Counted from the first letter of the stretch, positions 46,140 through 57,302 are shown. The stretch is 64,000 nucleotides of DNA from Labilithrix sp. (GCA_026128965.1 JAHCIY010000002.1:1384108-1448107); one strand, 5' to 3'. A program made the numbers and translations. Notes: generated by a model not told the origin, from the letters alone.

Positions 46140-46859
46140 CTAGTTGCAGGGGCGCTGCTTGTTGTTCGGGTCGCAGTCGCCCTGGGTGCAGGCCGTCGTC
46201 GGGTCGTAGCCCGTGTTCGTCTTGATGCAGTAGGAGCCCGTGAGGCCCTCGTTGCCTTGGCCGATCGACGTGACGAGGCGCTGGCACTGGAAGCCGTCGG
46301 GGCAGTCGCAGAAGGTCTGGTCGCTCGGCTTCTGGCCGTTGATGTCGGCGCAGCGGCACGAGCAGTAGACCGCCTTGTCGGACGCGCGATCGACGCACTG
46401 CGCGGGGACCGCGTTCTGCTTGCGCGGGTCGACGAACTCGCCCGTCGTCGGGTCCTTCGCGCCCTCGATCTTCGTGTCCGTGCCAGGGATCGTGCACGAC
46501 CGGTCGCCGCCGACCGGCGCCTCGCCGCTCGGCTGCTGGCCGTACGGGCAGGACACGCGGCCGCGGAAGTGGTTCACGAGACAGAGGCGCGTGCGGCACT
46601 GGAAGGACTTCGACTCGACGTTGACTTCCTTCTCGTCGAAGCCGAGGAAGTCCTTGTTGTACTCCTGCTCGGGAGTGCAGGGATCGCCGATGCCCTCCTC
46701 GCAGCTCGCGCCCGCGATGAGCGTGATGCCCGCGACCAAACCGCCCAGCTTGGCCAGCGCCTTCGCCGCGCGCCCCAGGCGCGAGGAAATCCGCGAGGTT
46801 TGCGCCACCGCGGGTGCGGCTGCCGACACGGTGGGACGGGGCAAGGCCTCGAGCGTCAT
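46140..46859 (-). CDS. Cys-rich lipoprotein
   Basis: Lipobox LIAGASC. About 30 Cys residues in the mature part (…CSCRCADINGQKPSDQTFCDCPDGFQCQ…). Confidence 0.6.
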   Translation of the reverse strand: MTLEALPRPTVSAAAPAVAQTSRISSRLGRAAKALAKLGGLVAGITLIAGASCEEGIGDPCTPEQEYNKDFLGFDEKEVNVESKSFQCRTRLCLVNHFRGRVSCPYGQQPSGEAPVGGDRSCTIPGTDTKIEGAKDPTTGEFVDPRKQNAVPAQCVDRASDKAVYCSCRCADINGQKPSDQTFCDCPDGFQCQRLVTSIGQGNEGLTGSYCIKTNTGYDPTTACTQGDCDPNNKQRPCN

Positions 46860-47179
46860 CGACGCGAACGGTACTGGTTTGCGGCAAGGAGCGTCAATCT
46901 CATTCAACATCATCGCGGCACCCCATCGTCCTGAAGGAGTGGCGGAGGCCCACACCGACGGCTCACCCAAGACGACACGCAGGGGGCGGGTCTGTGAGCC
47001 GTCGGCCGACCTTCGGACGACTCGTGAGAGAAGAACCGGCAGCCCCGGTTCCGTGCTTGACAACCTCGCTGCGGCCTCCGTACCATCACGCCGCCCGCGG
47101 GGATTATCTTGTCAAAAACGTTCGGGAATTCCCCGGACGAGCTAGGCTCCGCACCTCACGACCCAGAGGAACCACCAGG

Positions 47180-48925
47180 ATGCGTCTCTCTACACTCCGC
47201 AAGCTCATGATGGCGTCTGCAACCGCGCTGCTGACGCTCTCGCTCGCGACGAATTCGATGGCGCAAGGCAAGAAGCCGAAGGGTGGGAAGCCCGCGCCTG
47301 GTGGCTCGAACACCGTGGAGCTCGACGAGCCGGGTGCGGGCGCGCCCGCGCCGGGCCCCGCGCCGAGGGCGGCCGCCGAGAGCGGACCGCCGCCCGTCGC
47401 GGGTCAGATGACGGAGCAGGCCGCGCAGGCGAAGCGCCTCTTCGACGGCGAGAAATGGGGCGACGCCGCCGCCGCGCTCTACCGCGTCTACAAGGGCGAG
47501 ACCGGCGACGACGAGGGCAACAAGCAGCTCGCGCAGTACCACCTCGCGATCGCGCTCTACCGCCTCAAGTTCTATCAAGGCGCCTACGCGTACTTCTCCG
47601 AGATCGCGGACAAGCCGAACCACCTCAAGTTCAACGAGACGCTCCTCTGGCTCGCCAAGCTCGCGACCGACCTCCCCGAGCCCGCCGACATCGTCGAGCG
47701 CGTCGGCAAGTACAACGACTCGCAGATCGACAAGTTCAACAACTCGAACCAGCGCGAGCTGTACTGGCAGCTGAACTACCTGCTCGGCCGCTACAAGTAC
47801 CGCAACCGCCAGTACGACGACGCGCTGCGCCTGTTCTCGAAGGTGTCGCGCGAGTCGAAGTACTACGTCCGCGGCCAGTTCTTCAGCGGCATCTCGAACG
47901 TCCAGCTCCGCCGCTCCGTCCCCGCGGTCCAGAGCTTCCAGCGCATCGTCGGCGCGATCGACGAGGGCGAGCAGGCGATCGAGGACGAGGACCGCATGCG
48001 CGACCTCGCCTACCTCTCGATGGCGCGCACGTACTACTCGGCGTCGGTCCGCCTCGACGAGTCGAACTCGCCGACGATCGACAGCGCGAAGCTGTCCGCC
48101 GCGGTGAAGTACTGGAACAAGGTCGACGTCGCGAGCGAGTACTGGCTCGACGCCCTCTTCGAGGAGTCGTGGGCGTACTTCATGGCCGGCGACTACGCGC
48201 ACGCGCTCGGCAACATCCACACGATCCAGTCGCCGTACTTCCCGAACTCGTACTACCCGGAGGCGGACATCCTCCGCGCCGTCATCTACTTCGCGAACTG
48301 CCAGTACGACGACGCCGAGACGATCGTCGCCAAGTTTCAGCAGAAGTACCAGCCGCTCTACGACGACCTCGCCAAGGTCCTGAAGCGCTTCCAGGGCGAG
48401 GAGCAGGACGAGCCGTTCTACAAGTTTCTCCGCGAGGTCCGCGACGGCAAGGCGGACCTCCCGCCGCGCATCAAGACCGTCGTCACCAACGCGCTCGGCG
48501 ATCGCCAGCTCCTCCGCCACCTCCAGTACGTGCAGGTGCTCGACGACGAGCAGAAGCGCTACGGCAAGGCGCCGGCGGCGTTCCGCGACTCCGCCCTCGG
48601 CATGGACGTCAAGGACGCGATGCAGCTCGCGCGCGACATCGCCGTTCGTAACGCCGGCCAGCTCGCCCGCGAGCGCTACCAGCGCAACCTCGACGAGCTC
48701 AACGAGCACCTGCGCGACGCGGCGAAGATCCTCATCGACATCACGTCCGCGAAGAGGAACCAGCTCGACGCGGCGCTCGCCGGCTCCCAGGTCACGGTCC
48801 AGGAGTCGGAGCGAAACATCGTGAAGCCGGACGAGGAGCACGTCATCTGGCCGTTCGACGGCGAGTACTGGCGCGACGAGCTCGGGTTCTACCGGCAGAC
48901 CATCACCTCGAAGTGCGGGAGGTAG
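47180..48925 (+). CDS. Secreted TPR-repeat protein (GltC/NfsC-like candidate)
   Basis: ATG at 47180. Signal peptide MRLSTLRKLMMASATALLTLSLATNSMA. Multiple TPR-like helices. Preceded by an AT-rich promoter-like stretch (47100-47135). Confidence 0.75.
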   Translation: MRLSTLRKLMMASATALLTLSLATNSMAQGKKPKGGKPAPGGSNTVELDEPGAGAPAPGPAPRAAAESGPPPVAGQMTEQAAQAKRLFDGEKWGDAAAALYRVYKGETGDDEGNKQLAQYHLAIALYRLKFYQGAYAYFSEIADKPNHLKFNETLLWLAKLATDLPEPADIVERVGKYNDSQIDKFNNSNQRELYWQLNYLLGRYKYRNRQYDDALRLFSKVSRESKYYVRGQFFSGISNVQLRRSVPAVQSFQRIVGAIDEGEQAIEDEDRMRDLAYLSMARTYYSASVRLDESNSPTIDSAKLSAAVKYWNKVDVASEYWLDALFEESWAYFMAGDYAHALGNIHTIQSPYFPNSYYPEADILRAVIYFANCQYDDAETIVAKFQQKYQPLYDDLAKVLKRFQGEEQDEPFYKFLREVRDGKADLPPRIKTVVTNALGDRQLLRHLQYVQVLDDEQKRYGKAPAAFRDSALGMDVKDAMQLARDIAVRNAGQLARERYQRNLDELNEHLRDAAKILIDITSAKRNQLDAALAGSQVTVQESERNIVKPDEEHVIWPFDGEYWRDELGFYRQTITSKCGR

Positions 48926-48933
48926 TTGTTCCC

Positions 48934-51900
48934 ATGAAGCGTGTCTTTCAATCTCTCGCGTTCGGCGGCGTGTTTGCGCTCGCGGCGCACGCGGCGGCGG
49001 CGGAAGTCTGTATCGACGAGAAGGCGAAGAGCACCCTCTCCGCGTGCGGAGGTGGCATCGCGCCGAAGGAGTTCAAAGGGTCGAAGACTCCGACCACGAA
49101 CTTCCACTCCGCGCCGCAGCCCGCCGACCTGAAGAAGAAGGGCGACATCAAGCCCGGCAAGCCGAACATCGAGGAGGCCCCGCGCGACGAGCGCAAAAGC
49201 CGCCTCCAGGCTCGCCAGCGCGCGCTCCTCGTCACGGAGATCCAGGGCCTCGAGCGCCTCTTCGAGACGACGGCGAAGAACAAGCCCGATCGCCCGCAGC
49301 TCGCGCGGCGCCTCGCCGAGGCGTACGTCGAGCTCGAGTCGGCCGCCTTCCGCGACAAGACGCAGGCCGAGATCAAGCGCGACGACATGAAGAAGTCGAA
49401 CCCCGCCGGCGCGGGCCAGCAGCAGACCCAGGCCAACCAGGCCGATCAGGTCATGAAGGCGGCGCGCAAGAAGGCGATCGACAACTACACGATCATCGTC
49501 AACGAGTACCCGACCTACGGCCAGCTCGACGAGGTCCTCTACTACCTCGCCTACGAGTACGAGCAGGCGAACGACCTCGCCAACGCGCGCCGCGTCTACT
49601 TCGATCTCATCAAGAAGGCGCCGCAGTCGAAGTACATCCCGAACGCCTACCTCGCGTTCGGCGAGCTCTTCTTCAACGAGGCGCAGGGCGATCCCTCCAA
49701 GTGGGACCTCGCCGCGCAGGCGTACCAGGAGGTGACGAAGTACCCGGCGCCGGCGAACAAGGTCTACGGCTACGCCTGGTACAAGCTCGGCTACGTCTTC
49801 TGGAACAAGGGCGAGCTCGAGAAGTCGCTCAACGCCTTCAAGAAGACGATCGAGTTCGGCGTCGTCAACTCGCAGCTCCCGGGCGCGAGCAAGCTCGCCG
49901 ACTCCGCGCGCCGCGACGTCATCCCGGTCTACGCGCTGAAGGGCGACCCCGCGCAGGCGTACAACTTCTTCCACAACATCTCGGGCGACTCCTCGGGCAA
50001 CGAGAAGACGTTCAAGATGATGGACGACCTCGGCGTCAACTACCTCGACACCGGCCACTACCAGGAGGCGATCGTCCTCTACAAGGACCTCCTCACCCGC
50101 GATCGCGGCGGTCGTCAGTGCGTGTACCAGGCGCACATCACCGAAGCGACGATGGCGATGAAGTCGTCGAACAAGGACGCGATCGTCAAAGAGATCGATC
50201 AGCAGGTAAAGCTGCACAACGAGGTCCGCGCCGGCAGCTTCACCGCCGAGCAGAAGACGGAGTGCGCGAACAAGACCGCGGCCCTCACGACCGAGACCGC
50301 GATGGCGTGGCACCTCGAGGCGGTCGGCTCGCAGGGCCAGCGCGGCACCGGCGACACCAAGTCGATGGCGCTCGCGGCGCAGCTCTACAAGAAGGTCGTC
50401 GATACCTGGAAGACCGACGAATACGCGAAATTCGAGTTTCCGCGCATCGTCAAGGAAGACTGGCCGACGATCTACAAGATCAAGTACGCGATGGCGGACT
50501 TGCTCTACTTCCAGAAGGACTGGGCGAAGTGCGGCCCCGCCTTCGACGCGGTCGTCGAGGAGAACCCGCAGGCGCCGGAGGCGGCCGAGTCCGCGTACGC
50601 GGCGGTGCTCTGCTACCAGAACATCTACGAAGAGACGCACAAGGGCGACGCCGCGAAGAAGGGCTCGGGCAACCTCCCGGGTCAGGGCGACACGAAGAAG
50701 GGCGACAAGAAGGCCCAGGCCGCGGCCGAGGCGGCGGCGCTCAAGCCGAAGGAGATGACCGACAGCCAGAAGGGCATGGTCTCCGCCTTCAACAAGTACA
50801 TCTGCTACATCAAGCCGGCCGCGGGCGACGCGCAGGGGCAGGAGCAGCTCGTCGAGGTCAAGTACGCGCGCTCGCGTACGTACTTCGAGGCGCAGCACTG
50901 GGACGAGGCCGCGGTCGGGTTCCGCGACATCGCGATGAACCACGCCGACCGTGACGTCGGCATCTACGCCGCGCAGCTCTACCTCGAGAGCGTCAACGTC
51001 CTCGGCTCCCACTTCTCGAAGACGTCGTGCTTCGACGACATGGAGAACGACGTGCCGAAGTTCATCGAGCTCTACTGCTCGGCGGACAAGCTCGCGAAGA
51101 ACCAGGAGCAGTGCACGACGCTCAACAAGATCCAGGTCGACATCCTCCGCCTCAAGAGCCAGAAGCTCGTCGAGCGCGCGGACAAGGAAGGCGGCAAGGA
51201 GGCGATCAGCCTCTACGAGAAGGGCGGCACCGCCTACTTCGAGATGTTCCGGCGCTACTGCCAGGACCCGGTCAACAACAACCAGCCGCCGCAAGCCGAG
51301 AAATGCGACGAAATCGCGTACAACGCGGCGCGCTCGTTCCAGGCCGCGCGCCTCGTCGCGAAGGCGATCACGGTCCGCCGCGCGCTGCTCGCCTACGACG
51401 AGAAGACGAAGGGCAACTCGCCGCTCGCCAAGAAGGCGACCTACGAGATCGGCGGTAACTACCAGGCGATCGCGGTCTACGACCTCGCCGCCGAGTGGTA
51501 CGAGAAGTACGCGAAGACCGACCCGAACGCGCCCGACGCCGACAAGGCGCTCGCCGACGCCGTCGTCCTCCGCCTCGGCCTCGGCCAGGAGGACCTCGCG
51601 ATCCAGGACGCGCAGCTCTTCACGAAGAACTACGGCGGCAAGAAGCCGGCGCAGACGGCCTCGATCGCGTTCGCGGTCGGCGCGCACTACGCCGACAACG
51701 AGCAGTGGGACAAGGCGAAGGGCGCGCTGACGGGCTCGATGAGCACGATCGACAAGGCCGCCCCCGACATCCAGGTCCAGGCGCACGCGACGCTCGCGCG
51801 CGCGTACGAGAAGCTGAAGCAGAACGCCTCGGCGAAGACCGAATACGCGAAGGTCCGCGGCTACTGGTCGAACCCCGGCGCGGCCGAGGAGAAGATCAAG

Positions 51901-52671
51901 GCGGCGTACCCGGACGAGGACGCCAACCAGAAGGAGCGCCGCCTCGCGAAGGCGCTCAACGCCGTCGGCGAAGCGTTCTTCTACGCCGCCGAGGAGAAGC
52001 GCAAGGCCGACGTCGAGCCGGTGAAGTTCCCGGCGTACACCGGGCCCGGCGACAAGGCGACGGTGCTCAAGCACATCAACACGAAGGTCAAGGACTGGTA
52101 CCTGAAGAAGCAGGCCGCCATCGTCAAGACCGAGCCCGAGTACGTGAAGATCCTCGAGCTCAAGCCGGTGCCGCCGCCGAAGTGGGTCATCGCGGCCGGT
52201 TCGCGCGCCGGCCTCATGTGGGGCGACCTCGTCGACGACTTCCGCCGCGCGCCGATCCCGGCGGCGTGGAAGACGGACGCGGAGCTCCGCGGCGCGTACT
52301 TCGACGCGCTCGACAACGCGAGCGAGCCCTACAAGGTCCAGCACGCGAAGCCGGCGCTCAAGAAGTGCCTCGACCTCTCCGTGAAGTACCAGTACTTCGA
52401 CGAGTACAGCCGCGCGTGCGAGGTCTGGCTCGCGAAGAACTACAAGGCCGAGTACCACGTCGTCGACGAGCTCCGCGGCGCCCCGACGCTCGCGAACTCG
52501 GGCCTCGACGAGAAGGCGCCGCCGGTCCTCCCCGACGGCACGTTCTGGCACCCGCAGGCCCCGGCCCCCGAGAAGAACGCGGCGGGCACGGCGTCGAGCG
52601 ACGACGACAACAAGGGCGGCAAGCCCGCGGCGAAGCCCACGAAGCCGGCCGCGAAGCCGAAGAAGAAGTGA
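48934..52671 (+). CDS. Large secreted Lys-rich TPR-repeat protein, 1245 aa (GltD/NfsD-like candidate)
   Basis: ATG 8 nt after the upstream stop. Signal peptide MKRVFQSLAFGGVFALAAHAAAA. TPR-like helical repeats throughout. Lys-rich C-terminal tail. Confidence 0.8.
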   Translation: MKRVFQSLAFGGVFALAAHAAAAEVCIDEKAKSTLSACGGGIAPKEFKGSKTPTTNFHSAPQPADLKKKGDIKPGKPNIEEAPRDERKSRLQARQRALLVTEIQGLERLFETTAKNKPDRPQLARRLAEAYVELESAAFRDKTQAEIKRDDMKKSNPAGAGQQQTQANQADQVMKAARKKAIDNYTIIVNEYPTYGQLDEVLYYLAYEYEQANDLANARRVYFDLIKKAPQSKYIPNAYLAFGELFFNEAQGDPSKWDLAAQAYQEVTKYPAPANKVYGYAWYKLGYVFWNKGELEKSLNAFKKTIEFGVVNSQLPGASKLADSARRDVIPVYALKGDPAQAYNFFHNISGDSSGNEKTFKMMDDLGVNYLDTGHYQEAIVLYKDLLTRDRGGRQCVYQAHITEATMAMKSSNKDAIVKEIDQQVKLHNEVRAGSFTAEQKTECANKTAALTTETAMAWHLEAVGSQGQRGTGDTKSMALAAQLYKKVVDTWKTDEYAKFEFPRIVKEDWPTIYKIKYAMADLLYFQKDWAKCGPAFDAVVEENPQAPEAAESAYAAVLCYQNIYEETHKGDAAKKGSGNLPGQGDTKKGDKKAQAAAEAAALKPKEMTDSQKGMVSAFNKYICYIKPAAGDAQGQEQLVEVKYARSRTYFEAQHWDEAAVGFRDIAMNHADRDVGIYAAQLYLESVNVLGSHFSKTSCFDDMENDVPKFIELYCSADKLAKNQEQCTTLNKIQVDILRLKSQKLVERADKEGGKEAISLYEKGGTAYFEMFRRYCQDPVNNNQPPQAEKCDEIAYNAARSFQAARLVAKAITVRRALLAYDEKTKGNSPLAKKATYEIGGNYQAIAVYDLAAEWYEKYAKTDPNAPDADKALADAVVLRLGLGQEDLAIQDAQLFTKNYGGKKPAQTASIAFAVGAHYADNEQWDKAKGALTGSMSTIDKAAPDIQVQAHATLARAYEKLKQNASAKTEYAKVRGYWSNPGAAEEKIKAAYPDEDANQKERRLAKALNAVGEAFFYAAEEKRKADVEPVKFPAYTGPGDKATVLKHINTKVKDWYLKKQAAIVKTEPEYVKILELKPVPPPKWVIAAGSRAGLMWGDLVDDFRRAPIPAAWKTDAELRGAYFDALDNASEPYKVQHAKPALKKCLDLSVKYQYFDEYSRACEVWLAKNYKAEYHVVDELRGAPTLANSGLDEKAPPVLPDGTFWHPQAPAPEKNAAGTASSDDDNKGGKPAAKPTKPAAKPKKK

Positions 52672-52679
52672 GGGATCCC

Positions 52680-54104
52680 ATGAAGCGCATCACCACGATC
52701 CTCGGAGCCTCCCTCCTCCTCCTCTCCGCCGCGTGCGGAGGGGGAGACAAACAGGACGCGAAGTCGCCGGGCGCCGGCGGCGGCAAGGGAGGCGGCGGCG
52801 GCGCGGCCACCGTGCTCTCGAAGGACGAGCAGGCGAGGTTCAACGCCGCGGTCGACCTCATGGTCGAGCACGACAAGAAGAACGACTGGAACAACGAGAC
52901 CTGCGCCGAGGTCGCGAAGGCGTTCGACGCCGTCGGCCGCAGCGCGCCGGCGCTCTTCAACTCCGGCCTCGCGTACCAGCGCTGCAACGACGACAAGAAC
53001 GCGAAGGCGAAGTTCGAGGCCGCCCTCCAGGCGGACGCGAAGTTCCACCACGCGCGCGCGCAGCTCGCGCTCTACCAGTACAAGGCGGACTCGAACGAGA
53101 ACGCGGCGATCGACGCGCTCCAGCAGGCCGTCACCGACGCGCAGTTCCAGAACGTCCCCGCGCTCGTCAACCTCGCGATGGTCCAGATGGCCCGCGACAG
53201 CGCGCAGGGCGGCCAGGGCTGCAAGGACGACATGGACTGCGCGAAGCTGAACCTGCAGCGCGCGCTCGCGATCGACGACGCGTTCATGCCGGCGTTCAAC
53301 CAGCTCGCGCTCTACTACTTCCAGCTCGCGAAGAAGCGCGCCGGCGCGGTGAAGGGCTCGAGCAAGTCGGCGAAGGGCCGTCAGGTCGTCACCAACGCGT
53401 CGGTCGCGAAGAAGGCGGACGTGCAGCAGCTCGAGCTCGCGGCGCTGGTCTGCTCGCAGGCGATCCGCAAGAACGCGAACTACGCCCCGATCCACAACAC
53501 GGCCGGCCTCATCCAGAACGAGCTCGGTCAGATCAACGGCGCGGTCGCGGAGTTCAAGCAGGCGGCCCAGCTCGATCCGAAGTTCTTCGAGGCGCAGATG
53601 AACTACGCCGCGGTCAACCTCGGCTTCCGCGGCTTCGAGCAGGCCGCGGGCGCGTACAAGCGCGCGCTCGAGATGCGCCCGAACGACTACGACGCGCACC
53701 TCGGCCTCGCCCTCGCGATCCGCGGTCCGATCACCGGCAGCGAAGCCGACTACGACCAGCGCCTCGCCGCGGTGCAGGCGGAGCTCGACGCGGCGAAGAA
53801 GATCGATCCGAACCGGCCCGACGCCTACTACAACGAGGGCATCTTCACCCAGGAGTTCAAGGCGAAGTCCGGCGGCGCGCCGGCGAAGACGATCGCGACG
53901 CTCGAGGAGGCGAAGAAGATCTTCCAGACCTTCCTCGAGAAGGCGAGCGGCAAGCCGGAGTACGACGGCGCGGTCAAGCGCGTGAAGGGCGACGGGACGC
54001 CGAAGGACGCCGGCCGCATCGGCGACATCGACGACACGATCGCCTTCCTCAAGCTCGACGCGAACGCGCAGAAGGACGCCGCGAACCAGGGCGACACGAA
54101 GTAG
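52680..54104 (+). CDS. TPR-repeat lipoprotein, 474 aa (GltE/NfsE-like candidate)
   Basis: ATG 8 nt after the upstream stop. Lipobox LLSAAC. Gly-rich linker. TPR repeats. Confidence 0.75.
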   Translation: MKRITTILGASLLLLSAACGGGDKQDAKSPGAGGGKGGGGGAATVLSKDEQARFNAAVDLMVEHDKKNDWNNETCAEVAKAFDAVGRSAPALFNSGLAYQRCNDDKNAKAKFEAALQADAKFHHARAQLALYQYKADSNENAAIDALQQAVTDAQFQNVPALVNLAMVQMARDSAQGGQGCKDDMDCAKLNLQRALAIDDAFMPAFNQLALYYFQLAKKRAGAVKGSSKSAKGRQVVTNASVAKKADVQQLELAALVCSQAIRKNANYAPIHNTAGLIQNELGQINGAVAEFKQAAQLDPKFFEAQMNYAAVNLGFRGFEQAAGAYKRALEMRPNDYDAHLGLALAIRGPITGSEADYDQRLAAVQAELDAAKKIDPNRPDAYYNEGIFTQEFKAKSGGAPAKTIATLEEAKKIFQTFLEKASGKPEYDGAVKRVKGDGTPKDAGRIGDIDDTIAFLKLDANAQKDAANQGDTK

Positions 54105-54105
54105 T

Positions 54106-54125
54106 CCCTGATCCGTCAGGGCTTG
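54106..54125. terminator. Short hairpin between convergent genes
   Basis: ccctga-tccg-tcaggg lies between the stop of 52680..54104 and the stop of 54116..55884. Confidence 0.3.
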
Positions 54126-55884
54126 ACGAACTCGGCGTCGCGGAAGCGCATGCAGCGCGCGCCCATGCTCGCGGTCTTCATCCGCGGCGTGGACTGCTGG
54201 GTGCGGTGCGCCTGCGTGCTCGCGTAGCCGATGCCGAGACCGCGGAAGTGGTAGCGGCCGTCGGCGCGGAAGACGCCCTCGCTGAGGTTGCCCTTCAGGT
54301 CCATCCACGGCTCTCCGCCGGCGAGCGAGATCGCGTCCGCGGCGACGCGGCCGGGCGCGGCGATGCGGCTCGAGCCGTCGAAGGTGCCGCCGAGGCCGGG
54401 GTTCGGGAACCCGTAGACGCCGAAGCAGGTCTGCGTGCTGTCGGGCGTGATGTTGAGGCCCTGCGGGCAGAGCCCGGCGTTGAGGCCGGCGAGCTGCGGC
54501 GGCATCTGCGGGTTCAGCCCCGTGTCCTGGTGCGGGACCGGGTTCAGCGGCCACGGCCCGCCGGCGACGAAGTCGAACACCTCGTCGGTCATGAGCTGGC
54601 CGCCGTCCCACGCGCAGAACGCGGCGAAGAGGCCCATCGGCGCGCAGTTGAGCGCCTTCTCGTCCATCTGCTCCTTCGTGTACGCCTTGCCGCGCTGCCC
54701 CGCGCCGGCCATCGCCTGGAAGGTCGCGGCGTCGAACCAGAACGTCGAGAAGCCGAAGCTGTTGTCCTCGGTCGTGCAGTTCAGGTTGTGGCTTCCGCCG
54801 TAGTCGGGGTCTGCGCCTTGCGCGATGTATTCGGGGAAGAAATGGAAGGGCCCGAGCTCGAAATTCGCGCCGGTCGAGATCGTCCAGCTGCCGTCGCGGA
54901 TCGTGAACTGCGGCGTCCGCGGGAGCTGCTGGGCCATCTGGTCCTGCGCCGGGTAGGCCTGGTTCTGCGTCGGCGTCGTCGTCGTGTACGTGAGCTGACC
55001 TTGCTGCCAGCCCTCCGGGAGCATCTCCGTCCAGCTCGCGCTCCAGCGCGCGGGGGTGTTCTTCGTGATCCACGCCTTCACGTTCGGGACGCCGTCGGGG
55101 TCCTTCTTCGCGAGCTCTTCGAGGAACACGCGCATGCGTCCGGCGGTGATCTCGTACTTGTCGAGGTAGACCTTCTTGTTCGGCTGGCGCGCGTCGGTGA
55201 ACCCCGGGACGAGCAGCGTCTTGCAGCAGCTCTCGTGCTTCTTGGTCGCGTCGTCGAGCTCGCCGGTCCCGCAGGTCGTGCCGCCGTGCGCGGTCGCGCA
55301 GCTCGGGCCGACGAGGCATTTTTGGTCCGGCCCGCAGACGCCGCCCGCGCAGTCGCGATCGAACTGGCAGCTCCGCTCCCAGTCGCACGGCGGGGAGTGG
55401 ACGCCGCCGCAGTCGACGTCGGTCTGATCGCCGTCCTTCACTCCCGGCTTGTCGCCGCTGCACTTGCCGCCGTCGCACGAGCCCCAGAGGCAGTCTTCGG
55501 CGGCCTTGCACGCCTTGTCGGCGAGGCACTTCGGCGCGTTCGTCGGCACGCCGCCGCCGCAGTCCACGTCCGTCTCGCTCCCGTTCTTCACCCCGTCGAG
55601 GCTCGTTGCCTCCGTGCACGTGCCGTTCGGCTCGCAGATCGTGCTCGCGCAGTCCGCGCCCGTCGTGCACTCTGCACCTTTTCCGCCCCCGAGCTGCTCG
55701 CCGTTCGGTCCGACGACGCAGGGAGGGTTCTTGCACGTGCCGTTGCCGCCGCTGCTCGTGCCGTTGCCTTCCCCGATGAGCTGGGGATCGGCGTGCAGAT
55801 CGTCGAACGTCGTGCAGCTCGCGGCCGCGCCGACGACGGCGGCGAACGAGACCCCCAGGAGCACGCGCGACCGCATCGTCCTCA
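54116..55884 (-). CDS. FGE-sulfatase-domain lipoprotein with Myxococcus-type cysteine-rich repeats
   Basis: Lipobox GAAASC. Two DVDCGG…C.C.C repeats. C-terminal FGE-like domain (…YHFRGLGIGYASTQAHRT…RCMRF). Confidence 0.7.
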
Positions 55885-55938
55885 TCGTACGGAATCCAAG
55901 GAGAGCGGCAATCGCCACCCGCACGCGATACGCTATCG

Positions 55939-56807
55939 AGATGCGCCGCCTGGCAGCGCTCTTCTTCGCAGCTTCGACCTGGATCGTCGTCGCACCGGCC
56001 GCGGCGGCAGGGCAGGGAGATCCCGTCGCGCTCGAAGAGGAATACAAGAAGACGAAGAACGCGAAGCTGCTCCTCAACGCGGCGCGAGCGCATCAGAAGA
56101 GGAAGGCGCCGGCGAAGGCCGCGAACGACTACGCGGCGTACCTCTCCGTCGCACCGGAGAAGGAGCGGAAGGACCGCGCCGCGGCGCAGAAGGCGCTCAA
56201 CGCGCTCGGCGCGAAGCTCGGTCGGTTCGCGATCCGCGCGACGGGATCGAGCAAGCTCGCGGTCGACGGCGAGACGGTCGATCCCGCGTTCGCGGAGTCC
56301 TGGTACGTGACGCCGGGCGCGCACAAGGTCGAGGCCACGTTCGGCGCGCGCGTCGCGACGGAGCAGGCGACCGCGGTGAAGGGGGAGCTCGTCGCGGTGG
56401 TGCTCGCGGAGCCGCCGGAGGAGGCGGCCCCGCTGCCCGTGCCGCCGCCGTCGTCGTCGTCGTCGTCGCGAGGCTCGCCTCCGACCGTAAAGAAATCGAC
56501 CGACAAGTTTTCGCTGCCGCCGCTCGCGGCGTACATCGGCGGCGGCGTCACGGTGCTCTTCGGCGGGCTCACCGTCCTCTCGGCGATCGACGTGCAGAAC
56601 CAGAAGGCGAAGTTCGACGAGGATCGGTCGCAGCAGAACCTCGACGACGGCAAGAGCAAGCAGCTCCGCACGAACGTCCTCCTCGGGTTCACGGCCGGGT
56701 TCGCGGTCCTCACCGGCGTGGTGGCGGTCGTGCTCGTCGACTGGAAGCGCACCGACACGAAGCTCGGCCTTGGCCCGGGCACGGTCTTCCTGGAAGGCAG
56801 GTTCTGA
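55939..56807 (+). CDS. Hypothetical secreted protein with C-terminal TM anchor
   Basis: ATG at 55939. Signal peptide MRRLAALFFAASTWIVVAPAAAA. Ser/Pro-rich linker. C-terminal TM pair. Confidence 0.5.
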
Positions 56808-57014
56808 GAGTCTCCTACCCAAGATCGTGAGCCGGCGAGGTTTCGGGGAACTACGGTCCCAGGGCGCTGTCAGTCTTCGAGCGAACCCGGTCCCGTCTGA
56901 CCGTTCCCACTGGAATTGGCGCACCAATCCTCAAAAGCATTGAGGTTTGGAGAATTTACCCAGGTGCGACCGAAACCGGCTATCGTGATCGAAGCGCACG
57001 AATAGGAGTCGAAG

Positions 57015-57302
57015 ATGAAGAAGCGGGTTCTGATCGGTCTTGTCGCTGCATTCGTTCTCTCGACCGCGTCCGCGGCCTTCGCCCAACAGCCGGGCGGCGG
57101 TGCGGCGGCGGCGAAGGCGACCGGCGGTGGCGGCAAAGACGAGGGCTACGGCTACGAGTTCTCCGACGATCCCCTCGCGGCAGGCGGCTTCGGCCCGAAT
57201 GACGCGACGATCCGTGTGCGCCCCGGCCCGGTGCGCACGACCCTGATTCGTCCGCGCACGTCTTTCGTGCCCGAGATGTTGAAGAGCGTCGAGAACCTCT
57301 GA
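57015..57302 (+). CDS. Small secreted Gly-rich protein, 95 aa (GltF/NfsF-like candidate)
   Basis: Strong RBS aggagtcgaag before the ATG. Signal peptide MKKRVLIGLVAAFVLSTASAAFA. Confidence 0.5.
   Translation: MKKRVLIGLVAAFVLSTASAAFAQQPGGGAAAAKATGGGGKDEGYGYEFSDDPLAAGGFGPNDATIRVRPGPVRTTLIRPRTSFVPEMLKSVENL

Noticed and set aside
48889-56927. Very long minus-strand ORFs (48889..52551 and 52440..56927) and plus-strand alternative frames (49044..50954, 50951..51730, 51495..54104 upstream part, 52733..56830)
   Set aside because: Antisense or alternate-frame read-through across the TPR genes. The translations are repetitive R/E/D/L or R/G/A strings. The true genes have signal peptides, RBSs and tight spacing.
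56880-56935. Sigma-54-like element ttggcgcaccaatcc upstream of the small secreted gene
   Set aside because: Lacks a -12 GC at the correct spacing.
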